From the NCBI GenBank assembly GCA_964388035.1, contig CAYLZE010000076.1, positions 3,188-24,181 of the forward strand: a DNA stretch of 20,994 bases. The letters are read 5' to 3'. Positions 1-8,608 of this stretch are shown piece by piece. A program made the position numbers and the translations under genes. This DNA comes from an uncultured archaeon. Lineage in GTDB: Archaea > Asgardarchaeota > Lokiarchaeia > Sigyniarchaeales > SOKP01. The first letter of the stretch is position 1. Each line of letters begins with the position of its first letter. The notes beneath the pieces are model-generated. The model was not told the DNA's origin, did no database searches, and saw only the letters and a list, made by a program, of their open reading frames with translations.

Positions 1-3000
1 CAAATCCAAGATGGGAATTCAATATGTTCTAATGGGAAGGATGGAATTCACATTCTATCCGGCAATATGAATATCATCGATGATAATACGCTGAATGATA
101 ACCAAGAAAACGGAGTTTTTATATATTTTAGCACCTATACTACCATTTCAAATAATGATCTGAATAATAACGGAGTATTAATAGGTGCCGGTATTCATTT
201 AGAAGGATCAAATTCTTCACTCATTATAACTAATGAAATCCATGGAAATATTCACGGAATATTTTTAATAGATTCTTGTTTCAATAATACCCTATTAACT
301 AACACCATTAGTAATAATGATGGTTTTGGCATTTTCCTTGAGCAAAGTTTCAATAATACAATTCGGGAAAATGAAAATACATTCAATGAACAGGGAATAG
401 GATTAAAAAATAGTTATTATAATAATCTCACTGGCAATTTTTTTGATTTTAATACTTTATACGGGATCAATTTCACGGGTTCTTTTAACAATTATCTTTT
501 TGATAATAATATCACTCGAAATGGCCGCTGTGGAGCATTATTTATCAGTAGCAATTATAATACCATTATTTCCAATTATTTTGATTATAACGCAATATGC
601 GGGATTAACTTGACTGACTCGTCAAATAATTATTTCTTCAATAATAACGCAACCTTCAACATGAATGGCATTTCCTTAGAAAGCGGAGCAGATAATAATC
701 ATTTCTTTTCAAATAACATTTCAAATAACACGAAAAAAGGAATGTATATACAAGGAAGCGATAATAATATCGTGGAAAGGAACATGATAATGAATAATGG
801 TGAATTTGGCGTTAGAATCTTAGATACTAATTCATATCTTAATTTATTTTTTAATAATAGCTTCATTAGTAATGCGATAAATGCTTTTGATTCGGGAAGT
901 CATAACGATTGGAATTCCACTATCGGAAATTATTGGGATGACTATAGTGGAAAAGATGCTAACGATGATGGAATAGGTGATACAGGTTATTTAGTAAATT
1001 ATACCCGGCCATATGGCATTGATTACTTGCCTATTTGGTGGGATAGACCAGTGATTAATTTAACATCTCCTTCTAACTATAGTGTATTTGGAATCCCTCC
1101 ACCCGAATTTATCCTAAGGATACTAGAAGGGCTTAGCAATACCACGTGGTATACAATAAATGGAAGTTCAACTATTAATATTTTTGATATGAACACCACG
1201 ATTAATCCCGTTGGGTGGGCAAATTTGGGAAATGGATCCCTTTTCATCACATTTTACGCGAATGATTCGCGAGGATGGATAAGTCTCCCTGAAAGAGTCT
1301 ATTTATGGAGAGATATATATGCCCCCACTATTAATGTGATTTATCCAAATGAACACTTGTTAGTAGGAGTTGAGGTGATCGACTTCAATGTTATTATTCA
1401 TGACCCACACTTAGACACCATGTGGTACTCGTTAAATGGAGGAGCTAACATCACGTTCACTCATAATGGTACTTTTGACTTATCTGCGTGGAGTGATTTG
1501 CCAAATGGAACTATCACCATCGCGTTCTATGCAAATGATACTGTAGCAAACCAAGGATCCTATATTTTTGACATTCAAATCGATATTTTCATCCCTCTTC
1601 TTGTTGTAAATGCCCCAGAGAATCATACACTCTGGGATTTGCCTCCCCCCATTAACCTAACGGTTTACACCACGAAATTTAGCAGAATGTGGTATACAGT
1701 CACCGGGAATTCCACGAAATTTTACGTGGATAATAACACGGAAGTACTTCTAAATATTTACGCATGGTATGAATTACCGCAAGGATGGTTTATAATTCGA
1801 TTTTATGCTAATAATACCGTGAATAATATCAACGATACGTACTATGTTCTTTTATGTAAAGATACGTTAGCTCCTATCATTACTATTATTTCTCCCTATA
1901 AGAACGAATATGAGAGAGTTGACGTCGTGCCGGATTACCAGATTACGATTGACGAACCGAACTTAGATAAGGTATGGTACACCATCGAAGGAGGAACCCA
2001 AAAATATTTCATTACCAGTTTGAGCGGTAAATTAAATAAACAAGCTTGGGAAACAATAGCCAGTTCCCTCCGTGATGGAGGAACGGTTCTGATCACGTTC
2101 TATGCCAATGATACGCTGGGGCACGTGGGAGTATCCTCCGTAATGGTCATTAAGTACACCCCCGGAGCTTCCAAGCCGGGACAAGGTCCTAATGAAGTGC
2201 CCCCCGAGGAAGAAGAAAATGTAATCAGCCCCCAAGATTTGGCAATTCTTATCTTTTTAGGTATATTTGGAATTATCGTATTTTCGAGCACTCTGGTTTC
2301 AAAAAGAAAATTAACCGAGGAGGAAGTAATAGTACAGGATAAACTGCAGAAGAAAAAATTAAAAATCTCCTTGAAAGAGAAGGAAGTCTACTTCTTGGCT
2401 TTAGATGAGAAAGCAACATCTAAAAATAAGCTCAGGCTTCTTCTATTCATCATATCTCAAGCTATTTTAGCATTCGCGTGGGTCCTCATATTTTCTCTGT
2501 TAGATTATATTAATGAAATTAGTATTTTATTATTACTTTTAATCGAAATGGGCTTATTCATTTATCCCGTGCATTTAATTAACAAATTATTTGTGAAAGA
2601 AAAGAAACTTGACTTTAAGAAATTGGGATACACGTTCATTCTAATTGGAATGTATGTTGCTTGTTCCTTATTCTATATCTTTCTTTTCAGTCCGTATTTC
2701 GGAATCCCAATCGGGATAATTTTATCTCAATTATTAATATGCGTGGTATTAATAGTCGGACAGTTTTTGGTGAAATTCATTAATAAAGCCATTAATGCCG
2801 TGAGATCGTTTTCATGGGTCTCGATAATAGTTTTTTCCTTCCTATATTTATTGGAGATGGAGTTTACCTCCTTGAGGGTTGTAATTACTTCGCTTTTAGT
2901 CCTAGTATTATTGTTCATCTCGCTGCAATTAGGAAAAGTTTATGACTTCAAGAACGTATTCAAGAAGAAACCAAAGGAAAAAGAGCTAGATGATTTTCTT

Positions 3001-4068
3001 TCGATAAGACCATATCTGGGATATATTTGGATAACTATCGTCTTATTATTGTCGATAACCATTTATGCATTTACTACTCTCTATCTTTCATGGTCATGGT
3101 ATAGATCTTTAGTGCTCGCGGGGGTTATCTTCTATTTACTCATAATGTTCATCCTATTGGAAAACCCCGAGGGTCTTGGAACGCGACACAATCGCAAGGT
3201 ATTAGTGTGGACAATGGTGTGGTGCGCACTCATGCTTCTCTTTATTATGGTGTTAATTAACAATAATTTTACGGTTTTAATACCTGTCTTGATAATCGAG
3301 CTAATGCTAATAACTCTATTTCTCATAAGACCGTTAATAAAAGATGCAAAAGAGAACAAGAAAATAAGCCACCAAGCAAAAATTAGATTCCTTATTTCTG
3401 TAATAGTTCTCTCATTCTTCTTAATCATGGGCATTCTCATCGGAACGTTACTATTAGGAATTCCTTTTGGTTCATTGGCATTTACCATATTAATTCCGAT
3501 ATTAATCCTGGAAATATTTCTCGTCTGCTTATTGTTTATCACTCCAATAATCAGTGATAGGTTAATACGAGCCAAAGAAAGCAAGAATTTTAAAAGAAGA
3601 TCGCTCTTTTATATTAGCTTTCTCATCATCTTCTCAATTATAATTATAATAGTTGGGGCAATATTAATGGGTATTTTTCCCGCTCTTTTTGTACTTTCGA
3701 TTTTAATGATCTTGCTAACAATTGAAATATTTCTTTCAATATCGTATCTAGTAATCAAACAAGTTCAAAGTAATAGGAAGGAGAGAAAAGGTTCTCGCGT
3801 GAAACAATACTCCTTGGTGTTTACTTGCAGCTTGTTTTTCATCATGGCATTTATTATAGGGCTAATTCTCTTATCAAATAACATGCCAGTCTTGCCCATT
3901 TTCATGTTACTCATCACGATAGTTATCGAGATTGTTGCGATATCCCTCATTAAAAATAAGATGAGATATCATTCTAAATATCATTTAATCTTAACTATTA
4001 CTATAATTGTGGGAATTATTATCACTTGGACGTGGTTTTTATCTTATTTAATTAAATTAAATGCATGA
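1..4068 (+). CDS. Large cell-surface glycoprotein, 5'-partial: NosD/CASH-type right-handed beta-helix, four ~90-aa Ig-like repeats, then about 18 TM helices
   Basis: Frame 1 is open from base 1 (QIQDGNSICSNGKDGIHILSGN) into the track ORF at 67, so the start lies upstream of the window. It has ~22-24-aa GIxLxxSxxNxIxxN beta-helix repeats, the NosD-type cap GNYWDDYSGKDANDDGIGD, many N-x-S/T sequons and a hydrophobic C-terminal half. Confidence 0.88.
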   Translation, partial: QIQDGNSICSNGKDGIHILSGNMNIIDDNTLNDNQENGVFIYFSTYTTISNNDLNNNGVLIGAGIHLEGSNSSLIITNEIHGNIHGIFLIDSCFNNTLLTNTISNNDGFGIFLEQSFNNTIRENENTFNEQGIGLKNSYYNNLTGNFFDFNTLYGINFTGSFNNYLFDNNITRNGRCGALFISSNYNTIISNYFDYNAICGINLTDSSNNYFFNNNATFNMNGISLESGADNNHFFSNNISNNTKKGMYIQGSDNNIVERNMIMNNGEFGVRILDTNSYLNLFFNNSFISNAINAFDSGSHNDWNSTIGNYWDDYSGKDANDDGIGDTGYLVNYTRPYGIDYLPIWWDRPVINLTSPSNYSVFGIPPPEFILRILEGLSNTTWYTINGSSTINIFDMNTTINPVGWANLGNGSLFITFYANDSRGWISLPERVYLWRDIYAPTINVIYPNEHLLVGVEVIDFNVIIHDPHLDTMWYSLNGGANITFTHNGTFDLSAWSDLPNGTITIAFYANDTVANQGSYIFDIQIDIFIPLLVVNAPENHTLWDLPPPINLTVYTTKFSRMWYTVTGNSTKFYVDNNTEVLLNIYAWYELPQGWFIIRFYANNTVNNINDTYYVLLCKDTLAPIITIISPYKNEYERVDVVPDYQITIDEPNLDKVWYTIEGGTQKYFITSLSGKLNKQAWETIASSLRDGGTVLITFYANDTLGHVGVSSVMVIKYTPGASKPGQGPNEVPPEEEENVISPQDLAILIFLGIFGIIVFSSTLVSKRKLTEEEVIVQDKLQKKKLKISLKEKEVYFLALDEKATSKNKLRLLLFIISQAILAFAWVLIFSLLDYINEISILLLLLIEMGLFIYPVHLINKLFVKEKKLDFKKLGYTFILIGMYVACSLFYIFLFSPYFGIPIGIILSQLLICVVLIVGQFLVKFINKAINAVRSFSWVSIIVFSFLYLLEMEFTSLRVVITSLLVLVLLFISLQLGKVYDFKNVFKKKPKEKELDDFLSIRPYLGYIWITIVLLLSITIYAFTTLYLSWSWYRSLVLAGVIFYLLIMFILLENPEGLGTRHNRKVLVWTMVWCALMLLFIMVLINNNFTVLIPVLIIELMLITLFLIRPLIKDAKENKKISHQAKIRFLISVIVLSFFLIMGILIGTLLLGIPFGSLAFTILIPILILEIFLVCLLFITPIISDRLIRAKESKNFKRRSLFYISFLIIFSIIIIIVGAILMGIFPALFVLSILMILLTIEIFLSISYLVIKQVQSNRKERKGSRVKQYSLVFTCSLFFIMAFIIGLILLSNNMPVLPIFMLLITIVIEIVAISLIKNKMRYHSKYHLILTITIIVGIIITWTWFLSYLIKLNA
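1048..2154 (+). repeat. Four tandem ~90-93-aa Ig-like beta-sandwich repeats (protein-level)
   Basis: Units start at 1048, 1324, 1594 and 1873. Each follows P-x-(I/L)-x-(L/V/I)-x-x-P...WY(T/S)xxG...W...G...I-x-FYAN(D/N)(S/T). Confidence 0.85.
3202..3960 (+). repeat. ~70-aa transmembrane hairpin repeat with a conserved intramembrane Glu (protein-level)
   Basis: Glu codons at 3298, 3511, 3724 and 3928 (spacing 213, 213 and 204 nt) lie in PVLIIELM, PILILEIF, ILLTIEIF and ITIVIEIV. FTVLIPVLIIE...AKENK aligns with FTILIPILILE...AKESK. Confidence 0.7.
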
Positions 4069-4183
4069 ATTCATAAAAAAATTGTAAAGAAAAGGTGAAT
4101 ATAAGATTAGCGAACAAATAGATAAAATTTTCTCTGAATATAAAGGAGTATTCAAGGAAAGAGGAGCGGAAATTAGGACGTAC

Positions 4184-5884
4184 TTGATTAAACATTACAT
4201 TAGAGATTTTCAGAGAAGAAAAGTGATCGAAGTTAAAAGGGTAGATGCTAGGGATAGAATTCAGAAAAGTGGATTTTTTAAAAATCTAACTTCTTGGAAA
4301 AATATATATCAAAATCTTACCGTGAGCGCGTGCTTCATGGAAGGAGATAATCAGCGGCGATACGACTACAAATTTATTTTTACAAAAGAGAAACTCGATG
4401 AGGTTACCATAGAAAGAATTGAAGAAGGATTGAAAGAATGTAATTCCTTAAAAATGAATTTCAAATTTGATGATGCATTAAAAAAAATCGACGAATTGGC
4501 GGAGTCAATACGAAATAAGAATGATGAATTCTTCGACAAGTTATTAAACGTACAGCGCGCTGAAATCCTTAAGAGTAAAGAGGATCACGATAAGAAGCTC
4601 AAGAGGTTTGAAGAATTAGAAGATAATGTTAATGTAAATTTGAAATATAATAATTTGGATGATGTGGTTAAGGATTGCGAAAAAATTTTACCCTTAGCTG
4701 ATGCATTAAGAAAACGCAATTTATCGAGGAAATATGCTGACCTCTTAGATAAAACTAAAAAGAAAATTGAAGATAAGAACGCTCTTGAAGAGAAAATGGC
4801 CCAAGAAGAGAAAGAGACGCTCAAAAAACAGAGAGAAATAGAGAATCAAAAAGCACAAGAAGAAAAAGAAGCGCGTAGGAAACAGCGTGAGTTGGAAAAG
4901 CAAAAGGAACTGGAAGAAAAAGAAAAATTACGAAAACAAAAAGAACAAGAAGAAAAAGAAAAAAGGAAAAGAGATAGGCAACAAAAAAAGTTAACAGAAC
5001 AACAGAAAAAAGCAGATAAAATCTCAGCGTTAGAAGAAAAGGTAAAACAAAAGCGCGAGGAAAAGAATTATAATGGTGCCATTAAAGACTGTGGTAAAAT
5101 TATTTCTTTAGCAAATCAATTAAATGATGATGAAAAAGCTAAAGAATACGCGAAAATTCGGGATGAATTAAGACGGGAAGCTCTGGAAAAAGAACAAGAA
5201 CAAGAAGCGGTGCCACAAAAACCCATTTATACTAAGGCCCAAATCACCTGCTTAATTGCAGGGTTACTAATGATAGCAAGTTCCATAGCTAATATCCTAT
5301 TATTAGTGAATCATGTTTATACAAATATCATCGTGCCATTCATTGGAGAAACACCCGAAACCTTTTTCATTTTCCTATATGGAAATGCTTGCTTCACCAT
5401 GTTAGGAGGAATCATGGTTGTTCTTGGGTTAATCCAGATTCACTCTTTAACAATAAAGTTTGGCATTCCTATTGGTTTCATGGGCTCTATCATGTATTTC
5501 ATTGTTGGCATTTGGGCAGCTTACTTATGTGGCTCTTTATTATCTCAGATTATTACCCTAGCGTTAGTATTTTTCATAATGGGAGCACTTGGTGTGATAA
5601 TTGCCTTTTATGCAATGAAAAAAGTAGAGCTCATGGAAGCCTCGAAAATGACTGAGCAATCCTCTGAAAAAGGAAAGGAAGATATCACTGTAAAAAAAGG
5701 AATTCCCTTAATGACATTGACTGGCATGACTTTATCCCTCAATAAACGATTGATCAAACTCGGAATCCGAGATGTCGAATCCTTATGCCGTTTGAATCCC
5801 GAAACTTTATCTAAAAAGTTGGAAAATGTATCTAAGGATGAAATCGAGGATTGGATTGCAGAAGGCAAAAAGCTACTAGAATGA
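4184..5884 (+). CDS. Hypothetical membrane protein: TPR/MIT-like helical repeats, charged coiled-coil/single alpha-helix, 4 TM helices, C-terminal helix-hairpin-helix (HhH_5/DUF4332-like) domain. The true start is probably ATT at 4106.
   Basis: 566-aa ORF with an E/K/R/Q-rich centre and four hydrophobic segments (~5243-5617). The C-terminus is PLMTLTGMTLSLNKRLIKLGIRDVESL...L...VSKDEIEDWI. The frame stays open upstream to the TAA at 4085. Confidence 0.8.
   Translation: MIKHYIRDFQRRKVIEVKRVDARDRIQKSGFFKNLTSWKNIYQNLTVSACFMEGDNQRRYDYKFIFTKEKLDEVTIERIEEGLKECNSLKMNFKFDDALKKIDELAESIRNKNDEFFDKLLNVQRAEILKSKEDHDKKLKRFEELEDNVNVNLKYNNLDDVVKDCEKILPLADALRKRNLSRKYADLLDKTKKKIEDKNALEEKMAQEEKETLKKQREIENQKAQEEKEARRKQRELEKQKELEEKEKLRKQKEQEEKEKRKRDRQQKKLTEQQKKADKISALEEKVKQKREEKNYNGAIKDCGKIISLANQLNDDEKAKEYAKIRDELRREALEKEQEQEAVPQKPIYTKAQITCLIAGLLMIASSIANILLLVNHVYTNIIVPFIGETPETFFIFLYGNACFTMLGGIMVVLGLIQIHSLTIKFGIPIGFMGSIMYFIVGIWAAYLCGSLLSQIITLALVFFIMGALGVIIAFYAMKKVELMEASKMTEQSSEKGKEDITVKKGIPLMTLTGMTLSLNKRLIKLGIRDVESLCRLNPETLSKKLENVSKDEIEDWIAEGKKLLE
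4799..4906 (+). repeat. Two tandem 54-bp (18-aa) degenerate repeats in the charged helix
   Basis: AQEEKETLKKQREIENQK / AQEEKEARRKQRELEKQK, followed by shorter EEKEK..KQKE units. Confidence 0.7.
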
Positions 5885-5931
5885 ATTATCTTTTATGTTT
5901 TATAATCCTAAAAAATTAAATACCGGAGTAC

Positions 5932-6327
5932 TTGTTTGGACATAAAGATAATTGGATTGAATTAAAAAAAATGAAAGCTATTGGAATTGTGTTTTTATTC
6001 GACAAAAAAGTAGGCTCCCCCGAGGATATTTCCAAACAGTTTAGCAAGTATTTTTCGAATGTGAGTGAAAATTTCGTGAAAGAAGGTCTAATGGATCTCG
6101 TTGAATTAAAAAGCATTTTGGACTCTAAGAAAATCTTTTGGGGGGGCATAAAAGAGGATTTTGAAAACTTGCTAAAAAATGATGAGCTAATTGGGGATCT
6201 CGCTTGGAATGTATTTAAAAAGCACGTGAATATTGAAGCTGCAGAAGATATAAGAACATTGATTTACCAAGCATCAGATGCTCCCTGGGGCTTTACCTTA
6301 ATAGCAAACGTGTTGTATGAAGAATAA
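5932..6327 (+). CDS. Hypothetical soluble alpha/beta protein; the start may be ATG 5971 (MKAIGIVFLFD...)
   Basis: Open frame with protein-like composition, co-oriented with the upstream gene and followed by a T-rich tract. No family recognised. Confidence 0.75.
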   Translation: MFGHKDNWIELKKMKAIGIVFLFDKKVGSPEDISKQFSKYFSNVSENFVKEGLMDLVELKSILDSKKIFWGGIKEDFENLLKNDELIGDLAWNVFKKHVNIEAAEDIRTLIYQASDAPWGFTLIANVLYEE

Positions 6328-6340
6328 AGGAAATTAAATG

Positions 6341-6400
6341 TACTTTTAAGTTCTTTACTTTTTTATTTTATCATTTTTTTCATCTTATTTTTTCCATTTT
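6341..6400 (+). terminator. Probable archaeal oligo-T terminator region
   Basis: Several T5-T7 runs directly after the stop codon at 6327. Confidence 0.4.
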
Positions 6401-6460
6401 AAAATGACTGCTTCTGAAATTAAAGCGGAGTTTAAATAATTCTTTATTTATTCTCATTTT

Positions 6461-6757
6461 ATGATATTTAATGCAAGCTTTTTTAGCTTATGTCTCATGA
6501 TTGCATTTTTAGTTTTATGTTTTGTTTTTTCCGTTTTAGTTGCGGATCAGATTGTTACTCTGATAATCTTTCTAATATATTTAATAATTCTCTTACCTAT
6601 TTTCATTTTAATGGAAGAACTCAAAAAAACCCTCTATTTTTATGGTTTAGAATCAGTTGGTTATTATAACGCGATTTTTTTATTTTCTACCTTCTTAATC
6701 ATTACAGTCGGGCTTGTCTTAATTATCCAATCATGCTACCTTAGCTTTCAAGCATGA
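6461..6757 (+). CDS. Small hypothetical membrane protein (about 3 TM), possibly truncated at the N-terminus by an in-frame TAA at 6437
   Basis: Three long hydrophobic stretches with a charged loop (EELKK). There is an in-frame upstream ATG at 6404. Confidence 0.6.
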   Translation: MIFNASFFSLCLMIAFLVLCFVFSVLVADQIVTLIIFLIYLIILLPIFILMEELKKTLYFYGLESVGYYNAIFLFSTFLIITVGLVLIIQSCYLSFQA

Positions 6758-6839
6758 GTTTGTAACCTTGGATTTATAAGTTATAAATGAAGAAAATTAA
6801 GTAATGATGGAAGAAAAAAGATAAGATAAAAAAATATTA

Positions 6840-7508
6840 TTAAATATTTTTGGATTCTTTAAACACTTCAAAAACTTCTTTTTCAAACTCAACGGTCTCT
6901 TCGGGAAGTAAATTTGGTTCTTTGATTAATTTTGCCATGTAATAAATTTTTGATGCTCTTTCAAGATATTCCAAAACAGTATATGCCCCATCTAAATGGC
7001 TTCCACAACAAAGATTTCCATGATTGGGTAAAAAGAGAGCATTTTTTTCCCCCAAGCTCTCCACCACATTTTGTGCAAGTTCTTCAGTCCCTGCTTCCGC
7101 ATATTCTGCGCAGATTATCTCTCCCCCCACATAAGGAACCAATTCTTCAATAATAGGGGGTAATGAAAGTTTGAGCGTGCTTAGAATTGTAGAATAAATG
7201 CTATGAGCATGAATTATTGCATTTACATCGTCTCGTGATTTATAAACTCCCAAATGTAAGTGCTTTTCTACAGAAGGGTTTTTATCTCCCTCAATAACTT
7301 TTCCATCCATGTCCAAGATTAGGATATCCGAGGGATCCATCTCTACATATCTTACTCCGCTAGGCGTGATGAGCATGAATTCTTTATCATCCTTTTTTAT
7401 TCTGACACTTACATTTCCCGCAGAACCAATAACGTGCCCTTTTTCCACTAATTTCAAGCACAATTCTACTATTTCTTTTTTCAAATCAAGAATTAATTGA
7501 TCGTTCAT
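6840..7508 (-). CDS. fucA: Class II aldolase/adducin family protein, L-fuculose-1-phosphate aldolase-like
   Basis: Phosphate-binding GSAGNVS and ITPSG, catalytic Glu in PSVE, Zn ligands HAH and NHG. It overlaps the upstream gene by ATGA (7505-7508). The substrate is not established. Confidence 0.88.
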   Translation of the reverse strand: MNDQLILDLKKEIVELCLKLVEKGHVIGSAGNVSVRIKKDDKEFMLITPSGVRYVEMDPSDILILDMDGKVIEGDKNPSVEKHLHLGVYKSRDDVNAIIHAHSIYSTILSTLKLSLPPIIEELVPYVGGEIICAEYAEAGTEELAQNVVESLGEKNALFLPNHGNLCCGSHLDGAYTVLEYLERASKIYYMAKLIKEPNLLPEETVEFEKEVFEVFKESKNI

Positions 7509-8518
7509 GGTGTTTTTTTTCCTTTATTATATACTTCAGGATTTAAAATATTTTTCGGCATTTCGTTATTTAACCATAATTTGATATCTTCCACGATCAG
7601 TTTTCCCTGTCGTGCGAAGATCTCCTCTGTATTTCCTCCTACATGAGGGGTGACGATAACATTTAATAACTCTAAAAATTCGTTATCTTCATCAACGGGC
7701 TCCATTGGAAACACATCAAGGGCGGCACCACCGATTCTTTTTTCTTGTAACGCCTCATGCAATGCATCATAATCTACTAAACTGCCCTTAGAGGTATTAA
7801 TTAAAAAAGCTGTCTTTTTCATCATGCCAATCCGATCTTCATCAACAAGATTATCATTTTCATCACTGGCCATCACATGAATCGTAATGAAATCGGACTC
7901 TTTCATTAATTCGTCTAGTTCCACTTTTTTTCCGTATGGCTTGATGCTTTCTTCTGGAACATAGGGATCATAGATGAGAAATTTTACTTCAAATGGTTTT
8001 AGACGATCTGCAACCCTCCTACCGATCTGACCAAATCCAATGATCCCTATAGTTTTATTTTTCAATTCAAATCCGACAAATCGATTTAAATAATCCAAAT
8101 AATCATCAAATTCGATCACTTCAAACTCATCTGAGTGAAGAACGCGATCGATCTGCTGCAATTTTCTCGCGAGAGATAACATTAAACCAACCGCCAATTC
8201 TGCAACCGCATCCACATTTCTAAGAGGTGTATTTAATACGGGAACATTATTCTCAGTAGCCGCTTTTAAATTAACATTAAAAGGGTCTCCTCTACAAGAT
8301 ATGACTAATTTTAATTTTGACTTTTCAAAAAAATCTGCTTTTTTAAGATCATCAGCTTCTGTAATAAAAATATCATAACCCTCCAATTTTTCTAAAAGCT
8401 CTTCCACCTCAAAATAAAGCTCTTTCGTGATCCTCCATGGTTCATAAGTAACCTCTAGCATGGTCTTTAATTCATCCAAACTCTTTTTATCTAGGCAAGC
8501 TGTAATGTAAGCTTTCAT
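7505..8518 (-). CDS. D-isomer-specific 2-hydroxyacid dehydrogenase family, NAD-dependent (SerA2-like, no ACT domain)
   Basis: NVDAVAE, Rossmann GIIGFGQIG, acidic YDPY, ALDVFPMEP and TPHVGG. SD-like GGAGG upstream. Confidence 0.9.
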   Translation of the reverse strand: MKAYITACLDKKSLDELKTMLEVTYEPWRITKELYFEVEELLEKLEGYDIFITEADDLKKADFFEKSKLKLVISCRGDPFNVNLKAATENNVPVLNTPLRNVDAVAELAVGLMLSLARKLQQIDRVLHSDEFEVIEFDDYLDYLNRFVGFELKNKTIGIIGFGQIGRRVADRLKPFEVKFLIYDPYVPEESIKPYGKKVELDELMKESDFITIHVMASDENDNLVDEDRIGMMKKTAFLINTSKGSLVDYDALHEALQEKRIGGAALDVFPMEPVDEDNEFLELLNVIVTPHVGGNTEEIFARQGKLIVEDIKLWLNNEMPKNILNPEVYNKGKKTP

Positions 8519-8608
8519 GGTTTGTAGCCTCCTAATCGTTTCAATATTATATAATTTGTCTAATAATTAAACTATTATTCTATAAATATTAAAAAAAAAG
8601 AAATTAAT

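Noticed and set aside
2032-3950. Minus-strand ORFs inside the giant gene, including the 150-aa ORF at 3132-3584
   Set aside because: Antisense shadows of a long hydrophobic coding frame; the Ile/Asn/Lys composition mirrors the sense codons.
4799-5060. A-rich repetitive DNA resembling an array
   Set aside because: Explained by Glu/Lys/Gln codons of the charged helix; there is no repeat-spacer structure, so it is not CRISPR.
6828-6851. AAAAATATT/AATATTTTT inverted repeat at the aldolase stop
   Set aside because: A/T-only and expected by chance in this composition.
7505-8518. Calling the gene serA (serine biosynthesis)
   Set aside because: The context is catabolic, the substrate Arg is replaced and the substrate-domain motif is RGDPFNV rather than the SerA type.
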